Position numbers and translations under genes: made by a program. The notes beneath the pieces are model-generated. The model ran no database searches. It worked only from the letters and a program-made list of their open reading frames with translations, and was not told the origin of the DNA. A stretch of 18,386 nucleotides of DNA from an uncultured Verrucomicrobiales bacterium (GTDB lineage: Bacteria > Verrucomicrobiota > Verrucomicrobiia > Limisphaerales > Palsa-1400): contig CAIUEN010000050.1 of the NCBI GenBank assembly GCA_903898185.1, positions 1 through 18,386 of the forward strand, given 5' to 3'. This document shows positions 8,266-15,872 of this stretch, piece after piece. Numbering within the stretch: position 1 is the stretch's first letter; every line of letters starts with the position of its first letter.

Positions 8266-8400
8266 CAGCAATTCTCATTTTGAGCAAGGAACGGGGAAAA
8301 ACCTGGTCTGCCTGCGCACGAATTTTTCGACTCCCTTGCGGAGCCAGAGGCACCGCAACTGGCAGGCCAGAGGCCTACCCCACATAATGAGAATTGCTGT
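8266..8400 (+). repeat. Roughly 115-bp intergenic element, copy 1, bracketed by a 14-bp inverted repeat (cagcaattctcatt / aatgagaattgctg); candidate structured RNA or MITE
   Basis: About 85% identical over roughly 115 bp to 18194-18307 in the same orientation. Both copies share ttttcgactccc, gagccagaggcac and the hairpin aggccagaggcct. The inverted-repeat arms abut the upstream stop (8264) and the downstream start (8404) exactly. Confidence 0.6.
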
Positions 8401-8403
8401 GCC

Positions 8404-8616
8404 ATGAGCGTTGCCGCCAACAAAGCCAGGCTGATATCCTCCACGCGCGAGCTGGCGGCACAATGGGCGTTGACCAAGGATTCCTGGCGAGATGTCAAAT
8501 GCCTGGAATTCGAGCGCAAATACATGGAACAGCTTGTCTCCAATGTCGAAGCGGCGATGGAAGTGATTGATCAGTTGGACAAGCTTGTCAGCAAGATCAG
8601 GAGCGATTGTGAGTAG
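8404..8616 (+). CDS. small helical WXG100-like protein, 70 aa, paralogous to the 7415 ORF
   Basis: It has LTKDSWRDVKCLEFERKY, parallel to LGDSWQDQEHKKFADEF in the 7415 ORF. It is predicted helical. Its stop overlaps the GTG start of the downstream ATPase gene. Confidence 0.5.
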   Translation: MSVAANKARLISSTRELAAQWALTKDSWRDVKCLEFERKYMEQLVSNVEAAMEVIDQLDKLVSKIRSDCE

Positions 8617-11600
8617 CGCATTATCGGTGAGTCAGGTATTGGAGTGTCTGGAACGCCTCCGGGATGCGGCGCGCGACTGCGCCGTGCGCGAACGGGATCT
8701 CAACCAGAAGCGTCAGTCGCGTCTCAATCTCCTGGCTCAGAATCGCCAGGCGGCCACCGATGCGCAGAATGTTCAATTAGCGGAACAGCTTGACTTGGTT
8801 CGCGCCTGGTTTGAAGCAGCGAAGACAACCCCAAGAAACCATCGCGAACGCCGACGGATTCGCATCCATGAAGCTTGGAAGAACAGCCGAAAACAGGCAT
8901 CTGAGCGGATCGAAGCGCAAGAAGGACGCCGCAAATATAAACTGCAAACCGAAACCATGCAGGCCGCCCGCACTCGCAAAAATGATCTGGAGGCCGCCGA
9001 AAAAGCGCGCAACGATTTCAAAGCCGAACTGGAATTGGAAAATCAAACGCTGGCGCAGCTTGAGAATACCGCGAGAGAGGCGTTTCAAGGCTACGCCAAA
9101 TTTTCCGGGATGCTCAACTACACCGCGCCGGACCTTGCTCCAGGAAGCGATGAATATCAACTGATTGTCACGTTGCGGGAGTCGCTTGACAACAGTCGCA
9201 GCGGAATCGAACGGTTCCAACGCTATTTTCTGCCACGTCTTTTCAGGCTCACTCCACTCTTGGTTCCGCTGGCGCTGACCCTCGGCGCTGTGCCGCTGTT
9301 GCGGTCATTGCAGATGGTTGTTTACGGTTGGACTACAGCCATCGTATTGGTTGGATCGCTCTTTGCGGTTGGGTTTGTCCTGCATCACATGGGCAAGCGT
9401 CAGGGGCTGAGGCTTGCCGGCGAGATATCCCGGGCGCTGGTGCGGGCGCGCAAATTGCGCGATGGCTGTCTTGCCCATTGCGACGCGCGTTACACGCGGG
9501 AAACCGAGCGGATTGAAGCCGAACATCGATCTCGCAACGAGTCAATCACTCAGCAGTGGGGCCAGGCCGTGAACGATTCAAAGCAGATGACAGAGCCGGC
9601 GCTGGCCAGAATGGATGAAAAGAAAGCGCGCGCGACCACCCGAATGGAACGGCTGTTTCAAGCCGCCGTTGAAGCCCTGGCTCGCGAGCAATCCCGGCGA
9701 GTGGAGAGGATCCAACGCGACATACAGGATTACCTCGATGAATTGGAGCGGACCTGCGAGAATAGAGAAACGGCATTGCGCAATGAGATGGAGTCGCAAT
9801 GGCAGACGCTGGAGAGAGATTGGAAGACGGCTGTAAAACCGCTCTTTGCCACCATTGTGAGCGCTCAAAGTCAGGCTGCGAAATTCCCTGAATGGAACCG
9901 TTCAACCGTTCAAAGCTGGACGCCGCCGGCAGTCTTTGAGCATGCGGCCAAATTCGCAAGGGTCGTTGTCGATGTCGAAAAACTGGCGGATGCGCTGCCG
10001 ACCGACCCACGACTTGCTTTGCCGGGGCCCTGTCATTTTGAGGTGCCGCTCCTGCTGACGTTTCCGCAACAGGGCTCGGTCTTGTTTGAAACCAGCGATG
10101 CGTCCACCGAAGGTGTCGTCGCATGCGTCAACAACATCATCCTGCGTCTGCTGTTCGAAGCCCCGCCAGGACGGCTGAACTTTACGATTTTTGATCCAGT
10201 CGGACTGGGCCAGAATTTTGCGGGTGTCATGCATCTGGCCGATTACGAAGATCACCTGATCAACAGCCGCATCTGGACACAGCCCGCGCAATTCGAGCAG
10301 AAGCTGGCCGATCTCAACGAGCACATGGAGAAGGTCATCCAGATGTACCTGCGCAATGAATACGCGACCATCGCCGAATACAACGAGCAGGCGGGCAACA
10401 TTGCCGAGAAATATCATTTTCTCGTCGTTGCCAATTTTCCGTCCGGGTTTACCGAGACAGCGGCCCTGCGCTTGTTGAGCATTGCGGCCTCGGGAGCGCG
10501 TTGCGGCGTTTATACGCTGATTCACTGGGATCATCGCCAGCCCAGCCCGTCCGATTTCGTGCCGGATGAATTGATCAAGGGGAGCATTTGTCTCACTGTC
10601 AAAGGCAGTCGTTTTCTGCTTTCGCGCGGACAGCTTCCCGGCACGAGCATCGTTCCGGATCTGGCTCCCGAGCCCGACCTGGCAATCGAGCTGATTCATA
10701 AAATTGGCCTGAGCAGCCGCGATTCCAACCGCGTGGAGGTGCCATTCTCCCACGTTGCGCCACCGGACGACGCGCTCTGGAATCTGGAGACCACGTCGGA
10801 ACTCCGGGTGGCGTTTGGACGCACTGGCGCGACCAAGTTGCAGTACTTGGCCATCGGCAAGGGCACCCGCCAGCATGCTCTGTTGGCCGGCAAAACCGGG
10901 TCGGGTAAATCGACGCTCTTGCACGTTATCATCACCAACCTGGCGCTCTGGTGCAGCCCCGAACAGGTCGAGTTCTATCTGGTCGATTTCAAGAAGGGGG
11001 TTGAATTCAAGTGTTATGCCACCAAACGCCTGCCGCATGCGCGGGTGGTGGCCATTGAGAGCGACCGAGAGTTCGGCCTGAGCGTTCTGCAACGAGTCGA
11101 TGCCGAACTCAAGCGGCGCGGCGATCTTTTTCGCAACCTGGGCGTTCAGGATCTTGCCGGTTACAAACGGGCGGGTGGCGTCGAATCACTTCCCCGGACG
11201 CTGCTGATCATTGACGAATTTCAGGAGTTCTTTGTCGAGGATGACAAGATTTCGCAATCGGCGTCGCTGCTGCTGGACCGGATTGCGCGCCAAGGCCGCG
11301 CATTTGGGGTTCACGCCATTCTTGGATCTCAGACGCTCGGTGGGGCATATACGATGGCTCGCACAACTTTAGGGCAAATGGTCATTCGCATTGCCTTGCA
11401 ATGCAACGAGGCGGATTCCTACCTCATCATGGACGAGAACAACTCCGCGCCGCGCCTGCTCTCGCGTCCAGGAGAAGGCATTTACAATGACTCCGCTGGC
11501 GTCATGGAAGGGAACAGCCCGTTTCAAACCGTGTGGCTGTCGGACGAGTGTCGTGACATGTGGCTGGACAAAGTGCGCTATCGGGCTGACCAGGCACAAC

Positions 11601-12493
11601 CGAAAGCTTACCCAGGGCCGATTGTGTTCGAAGGCGACGCGCCGGCGGACATTCGCGAAAACCCGTTGCTTCAGTCCCTTCTGGAGACTCCGGTTGTCCG
11701 CCCGCCCGCTGCTGCGCGCGCCTGGCTGGGCGCTCCCAATTCGATCAAAGGCCCGACAGAGGTCACGTTTCAACGTCAGAGCGGGAACAACCTCCTTATT
11801 ATAGGCCAGCAGGACGAGGCTGTCCTGGCTATTTTTACCACAACATTGGTGGCGCTGGCAGCGCAACATCCAGGCGACACCGCCCGGTTTATCGTAGTTG
11901 ATGCCTCGGCACCCGGATCGCTCCATCGCGACTACGTTGAACGCCTTGTCCAGTCGATCCCTCGCCAGGTTTCGCTGGCGCGGAACAGCGATCTTCCGGA
12001 AATCATGAGTAGGCTGGCGTCTGACCTCAAGAAATCTGCTGAGCATGACAACAAGGCAACGCCATCGACGTATTTGCTGATTCACGGTCTGCAAAAATTC
12101 TCCAAACTGCGTTACGAGGAGGACTTTGGCTTCTCAAGCGATCCGGCCATCGCAGCCAATCCGTCCGTGGCGCTCAACACATTGATCTGCGAGGGCGCCA
12201 GCCACGGTATTCACGTCATTGCCTCATGCGACACCTACAATAACGTCGTCCGGTTTCTGAGCCGGAAAGCGCTGGGCGAATTTGAAATGCGGGCGCTCTT
12301 CCAGATGAGCGCCAACGATTCCGCAAGTTTGATTGACAATCCACGAGCGGGCAACCTGGGTCTGCACCGTGCGATTTTCTCCAATCAACACGAGGGATAC
12401 CTGGAGGTCTTCCGTCCATATGCGTTGCCGTCGGCGCAGTGGATTGAGGAAGTAACGCGGGCGATGGATAATCGTCGCGTTATTTTGTACTGA
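8609..12493 (+). CDS. Membrane-anchored FtsK/SpoIIIE-family ATPase with three tandem FtsK-like domains (EssC/EccC-like T7SS ATPase candidate), about 1294 aa
   Basis: The preferred start is GTG at 8609 with AGGAG 6-7 nt upstream, overlapping the upstream stop. The TTG at 8567 in the ORF track is less likely. The N-terminal roughly 210 aa is a charged coiled coil. It is followed by two TM helices (LTPLLVPLALTLGAVPLLRSL and VVYGWTTAIVLVGSLFAVGFVL, about nt 9245-9383). The central domain has Walker A HALLAGKTGSGKSTLLHVI (about nt 10888-10914) and Walker B TLLIIDEFQEF (about nt 11201-11230). The flanking domains are degenerate but clearly paralogous: LLLTFPQQGSVLFETSDASTEG...NFTIFDPVG and NLLIIGQQDEAVLAIF...RFIVVDAS...TYLLIHGLQKF. 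The nested antisense ORF 9902-11092 is an artefact. Confidence 0.8.
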   Translation: MSSALSVSQVLECLERLRDAARDCAVRERDLNQKRQSRLNLLAQNRQAATDAQNVQLAEQLDLVRAWFEAAKTTPRNHRERRRIRIHEAWKNSRKQASERIEAQEGRRKYKLQTETMQAARTRKNDLEAAEKARNDFKAELELENQTLAQLENTAREAFQGYAKFSGMLNYTAPDLAPGSDEYQLIVTLRESLDNSRSGIERFQRYFLPRLFRLTPLLVPLALTLGAVPLLRSLQMVVYGWTTAIVLVGSLFAVGFVLHHMGKRQGLRLAGEISRALVRARKLRDGCLAHCDARYTRETERIEAEHRSRNESITQQWGQAVNDSKQMTEPALARMDEKKARATTRMERLFQAAVEALAREQSRRVERIQRDIQDYLDELERTCENRETALRNEMESQWQTLERDWKTAVKPLFATIVSAQSQAAKFPEWNRSTVQSWTPPAVFEHAAKFARVVVDVEKLADALPTDPRLALPGPCHFEVPLLLTFPQQGSVLFETSDASTEGVVACVNNIILRLLFEAPPGRLNFTIFDPVGLGQNFAGVMHLADYEDHLINSRIWTQPAQFEQKLADLNEHMEKVIQMYLRNEYATIAEYNEQAGNIAEKYHFLVVANFPSGFTETAALRLLSIAASGARCGVYTLIHWDHRQPSPSDFVPDELIKGSICLTVKGSRFLLSRGQLPGTSIVPDLAPEPDLAIELIHKIGLSSRDSNRVEVPFSHVAPPDDALWNLETTSELRVAFGRTGATKLQYLAIGKGTRQHALLAGKTGSGKSTLLHVIITNLALWCSPEQVEFYLVDFKKGVEFKCYATKRLPHARVVAIESDREFGLSVLQRVDAELKRRGDLFRNLGVQDLAGYKRAGGVESLPRTLLIIDEFQEFFVEDDKISQSASLLLDRIARQGRAFGVHAILGSQTLGGAYTMARTTLGQMVIRIALQCNEADSYLIMDENNSAPRLLSRPGEGIYNDSAGVMEGNSPFQTVWLSDECRDMWLDKVRYRADQAQPKAYPGPIVFEGDAPADIRENPLLQSLLETPVVRPPAAARAWLGAPNSIKGPTEVTFQRQSGNNLLIIGQQDEAVLAIFTTTLVALAAQHPGDTARFIVVDASAPGSLHRDYVERLVQSIPRQVSLARNSDLPEIMSRLASDLKKSAEHDNKATPSTYLLIHGLQKFSKLRYEEDFGFSSDPAIAANPSVALNTLICEGASHGIHVIASCDTYNNVVRFLSRKALGEFEMRALFQMSANDSASLIDNPRAGNLGLHRAIFSNQHEGYLEVFRPYALPSAQWIEEVTRAMDNRRVILY

Positions 12494-12547
12494 CATCGCG
12501 TGAATTTTATGAGAAGGTATGCTTGGGTAGGCAATTAAAAACATGTC

Positions 12548-13105
12548 ATGATCTTTTTCGTTTATGTCATCTGTCTTGGGGCGGGGTTTTTATTTACCCT
12601 GCTTGCGGCAGTTATGGGCCATGTGTTTGGCCATGACGGCCATGTCGTGGGCAGCCACGGCTCGGTCGAAGCCGGCGAGGACGGCAGCGATTCCTCAGGC
12701 GTGTCGGCGTTCAGTCCGACAATCATTGCCGCGTTTGTAACGGCTTTTGGCGGTTTGGGACTGATTTTCACGCAAGTTCAAGCCACGAAGAGCCCGCTTA
12801 TCAGCGCGCCATTGGCGATTGTGGGCGCACTGGTCATTGCATCCCTCATGGTGAGGGTGCTGCGACAGCTATTCGCGCACACACAGAGTTCGAGCGAATC
12901 CCATGTGGCAACCTTGGTGGGGGTTTGCGCGAATATCATTTCGCCGATCCCAGCAAATGGCATGGGTGAAATCGCCTATGTCCAAGGCGGTAGCCGCTAT
13001 ACCGCGCCCGCGCGGGAACTCACAGGCCAACCGGTGGCGATGGGACAGCCGGTCAAAATCGCAAAAATCATCGGTTCCCAATTTTACGTAACAATCATCA
13101 ACTAA
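12548..13105 (+). CDS. NfeD-like (YuaF/YqiJ-type) membrane protein partner of flotillin
   Basis: Hydrophobic N-terminal TM segments, a His-rich loop (HVFGHDGHVVGSHGS) and a C-terminal OB-fold-like beta segment (GEIAYVQGGSRYTAPARELTGQPVAMGQPVKIAKIIGSQFYV). It is placed immediately upstream of an SPFH gene (stop 13105, next ATG 13109), as in yuaF-floT and yqiJ-yqiK. Confidence 0.7.
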   Translation: MIFFVYVICLGAGFLFTLLAAVMGHVFGHDGHVVGSHGSVEAGEDGSDSSGVSAFSPTIIAAFVTAFGGLGLIFTQVQATKSPLISAPLAIVGALVIASLMVRVLRQLFAHTQSSSESHVATLVGVCANIISPIPANGMGEIAYVQGGSRYTAPARELTGQPVAMGQPVKIAKIIGSQFYVTIIN

Positions 13106-13108
13106 ACT

Positions 13109-14647
13109 ATGAGCATCACACCCATTTTGGCAGAATTGAACCCCTTGAGCGTCCTTTTGAGCGGAGGCTGGGTTGTCATCTCGATCATCGGGATTGTCTT
13201 GATGGCCTTCTTTGTCCTGGCGGCCATTCTCAGCCGCTACACCAAGGTTGGCCCCAATCAAGTCCTCGTCGTCTCTGGACGCAAGCATCGTTACTCCGAT
13301 CCGGATGGAAGAATCCAAACCCGCGGCTTCCGTATTGTCAAAGGCGGCGGAACATTCGTTTATCCCATCGTTGAAAAAGTGGATCTCCTATCGCTCGAAC
13401 TGCTGACGATCGACGTTCAGACACCCGAGGTTTATACAAGCAAAGGCGTGCCGGTTAAAGTGGACGGCGTGGCACAGATCAAGATCAAGGGTGACGATAT
13501 TTCCATCGCGACCGCAGCCGAGCAGGTCTTGAGCAAGACGATTGACGAAATCAAGAGCGTGGCCACCCAGACGCTGGAGGGCCATTTGCGCGCAATTCTC
13601 GGCACGATGACCGTTGAGGACATCTACCAGAACCGCGATGCCTTTGCGTCGAAAGTCCAGGAAGTCGCCGCAGGCGACATGGCCAACATGGGCTTGGGAA
13701 TTGTGAGCTTCACCATTCGCGATATCCGCGATGGCCAGGGCTACTTGGACGCGTTGGGCAAGCCTCGCATTGCGCAAGTCAAACGCGACGCCATCATCGC
13801 GCAGGCCGAAGCAGATCGCGACGCGACGATCCGCTCCTCACAGGCCACACAAGCCGGCCAGGAGGCCAAGTTTGCCGCCGATGCCAAAATCGCCGAAGCT
13901 CAGCGCGATTATCAGATGAACGTCGCCAGCTACCAGGCCTCGGTCAATCTTAAGAAAGCCGAAGCCGACCTGGCCTATGACTTGCAGAAATATAAGACCG
14001 GCCAGTTGGTGAAGGCCGAAGAGGTGCAAGTCAACATCATCGAGAAACAGAAGCAGATTGAGCTCCAACAGCAGGAAATCCTGCGCAAACAACGCGAACT
14101 GGAAGCCCAGGTGCAAAAGCCCGCCGATGCCGAACGCTACCGCGTCCAGACGCTGGCCAGCGCCACCAAGTTCCAGCTCGAAACCGAAGCCGACGGCGCG
14201 GCCGCTGCCACCAAGGCCAAAGGCTTTGCCTCGGCCGAAGTCGTCAGGGTCACCGGTCTGGCCGAAGCCGAAGCCAACAAGGCGCGCGGATTGGCCGAAG
14301 CCGCCGTCATCGAGGCCCAGGGATCAGCAACGGCCGAGGCGATGAAACTCAAAGCCGAGTCCTTCAAGCAATACAACGAAGCCGCCGTCGTCGAAATGAT
14401 CGTCCGCATTCTGCCTGAACTCGCAGCCAAAATCAGCGAACCGCTCTCGAAGACTGAGCGCATGGTTATCATCAATAGCGGCAATGGCCCCGGCGGCGGC
14501 GCCAGCAAGCTCACCGGCGATATCACCCAGATCATCAGCCAGTTGCCACCCGTCATCGAGAGTTTGACAGGGATCAAATTCGAAAAACTGCTCGAACAAG
14601 TTCCGGCTCTGAAAAACGCGATGAGCAAAGATGCGGAGCCGAAATAG
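13109..14647 (+). CDS. floT: Flotillin (SPFH/band-7 family, FloT/YuaG/YqiK-like), 512 aa
   Basis: An N-terminal membrane anchor, an SPFH domain, then a long Ala/Glu/Lys/Gln-rich coiled coil with EA repeats typical of flotillins. Confidence 0.9.
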   Translation: MSITPILAELNPLSVLLSGGWVVISIIGIVLMAFFVLAAILSRYTKVGPNQVLVVSGRKHRYSDPDGRIQTRGFRIVKGGGTFVYPIVEKVDLLSLELLTIDVQTPEVYTSKGVPVKVDGVAQIKIKGDDISIATAAEQVLSKTIDEIKSVATQTLEGHLRAILGTMTVEDIYQNRDAFASKVQEVAAGDMANMGLGIVSFTIRDIRDGQGYLDALGKPRIAQVKRDAIIAQAEADRDATIRSSQATQAGQEAKFAADAKIAEAQRDYQMNVASYQASVNLKKAEADLAYDLQKYKTGQLVKAEEVQVNIIEKQKQIELQQQEILRKQRELEAQVQKPADAERYRVQTLASATKFQLETEADGAAAATKAKGFASAEVVRVTGLAEAEANKARGLAEAAVIEAQGSATAEAMKLKAESFKQYNEAAVVEMIVRILPELAAKISEPLSKTERMVIINSGNGPGGGASKLTGDITQIISQLPPVIESLTGIKFEKLLEQVPALKNAMSKDAEPK

Positions 14648-14761
14648 TGGGAGCAGGAGGATTGAATCATGCCTATCCGGTTGCTTGCCAATCATCCACG
14701 CCTTGAATTGTGTGGAATTGAGCATTGTGCCACGCCTTCAGCCGACGCCAACGGCGTCCTT

Positions 14762-14963
14762 CATACCAGCCTGGGGCAACGCCCCAGGTATGGTGCCACG
14801 GACGATCCAAGCGCCAAAGGCGCGATTCATATTCGGCGCGGCATGGTGGAACGATGCGCACAAAGAACGCTTCACCAAATGAATCGCGCCTTCAGCGCTT
14901 GCGGCTCTCCATATCCCATACCTGGGGCGTTGCCCCAGGCTGATATGAATCGCGCCTTTGGCG
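14762..14963. repeat. Cluster of GC-rich palindromic (REP-like) elements in the floT to beta-CA intergenic region
   Basis: Hairpin A at 14762-14793 (cataccagCCTGGGGCaaCGCCCCAGGtatgg). Its reverse-complement copy A' is at 14916-14947 (ccataCCTGGGGCGttGCCCCAGGctgatatg). Motif B at 14811-14832 (gcgccaaaggcgcgattcatat) has reverse-complement copies at 14942-14963 and, imperfectly, at 14877-14899. The ORFs predicted across this region (14669-15040, 14725-14943, 14738-15046) are probably spurious. Confidence 0.55.
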
Positions 14964-15014
14964 CTGGGCGGGCCATACAACACGAAAATCAACCTGTTTT
15001 GACCAAAATCACTT

Positions 15015-15851
15015 ATGCGCCTTCTCGAATACATCATTGATGCCAACCATCGCGCGTTGGCGGGAGATCAGAAGGACGGAATTGATCCCGCCGATTACGC
15101 TCAATCTCTGCCGCTGATCGCTCTGACTTGTATTGACCCGCGCTTGAACCGCTTTTTTCCCGACATTCTGGGTGTGCCAGAAGAGCAGTTTATCTGGCTG
15201 CGCAATGCTGGAAACATCATCACCAGTCCGCTCAGCAGCACCATGCGCTCGATGGCGCTGGCGTGCGCCGTTAAACGTGGACGCGAGATCGCGGTCATCG
15301 GCCACACCGACTGCCGCATTCGTCAGACCCCCATTACGGCTTTAATTGAGTATTTCAAGGAACTTGGAGTGAGCCGCGCCGCGTTGCCTGATAATTTGAC
15401 GGAGTTTTTTGGAGTGTTTGCCAGCGAACAACAGAATGTCATGCGGGCTGTAGATCATATCCGCGCCAGTCCGCTGATCGGCCCTTCCATCCCGGTGCAT
15501 GGCTTGATGGCGGATGTCCGCACAGGTCGGCTTGAATGGGTGGTCAACGGATATGACGTTTTGGGACGCGCCGCAGTCCCGTTGCCTGCCAGCAAACAGC
15601 CCGCCATCGGAAAAGCTCTGGACGAAGTGAGTGCGCTGGGTGATTTCAAGCTCGGCGAAATGAAATTCCCAGAAGTCCGCATCGGCGAGATTGCAACCGA
15701 TGTCAAACTCAAGGTCAGCCAGGCGAAGGAAACCGTGGAGTCCGCCAAGAAAGCGTTGCGGCCCATACCCTCCGCCCATCCTCCGGAGCCGCCGCCCATC
15801 CCACCGCCAATTCGCCCACAGCAGCGCGGAAAATGGGGCATGCGGGATTGA
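15015..15851 (+). CDS. beta-carbonic-anhydrase-like protein with a Pro-rich C-terminal extension
   Basis: It has CIDPR (the beta-CA Cys-x-Asp-x-Arg motif) and IAVIGHTDCR (His-x-x-Cys zinc ligands), though C-R replaces the canonical C-G. The C-terminal roughly 90 aa is an extension ending PPEPPPIPPPIRP. Confidence 0.5.
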   Translation: MRLLEYIIDANHRALAGDQKDGIDPADYAQSLPLIALTCIDPRLNRFFPDILGVPEEQFIWLRNAGNIITSPLSSTMRSMALACAVKRGREIAVIGHTDCRIRQTPITALIEYFKELGVSRAALPDNLTEFFGVFASEQQNVMRAVDHIRASPLIGPSIPVHGLMADVRTGRLEWVVNGYDVLGRAAVPLPASKQPAIGKALDEVSALGDFKLGEMKFPEVRIGEIATDVKLKVSQAKETVESAKKALRPIPSAHPPEPPPIPPPIRPQQRGKWGMRD

Positions 15852-15872
15852 TTGGACTTTGTTATCGATCCT

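Noticed and set aside
8266-8400. Known riboswitch or sigma54/ECF promoter identity for the 115-bp element
   Set aside because: No convincing match to consensus motifs I can recall. The GGCAC...TGGCA spacing does not fit sigma54 -24/-12, and GGAAC is not conserved in copy 2. The GEMM, ykkC and cobalamin riboswitch cores are all absent. The element is left unclassified.
8567-8608. TTG start of the big ATPase ORF at 8567
   Set aside because: TTG is a rare start and there is no Shine-Dalgarno upstream. The GTG at 8609 has AGGAG at optimal spacing and overlaps the upstream stop.
9902-11092. 396-aa minus-strand ORF within the ATPase gene, plus other small nested ORFs there
   Set aside because: They are antisense to a gene with clear Walker A/B motifs and have no motifs of their own. 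They are GC-driven artefacts.
14669-15046. ORFs 14669-15040 (+), 14725-14943 (+) and 14738-15046 (-)
   Set aside because: They span the palindromic repeat cluster. The mirrored peptide strings (GAIHI..., LGQRPRYG on both strands) reflect inverted DNA repeats, not coding sequence.
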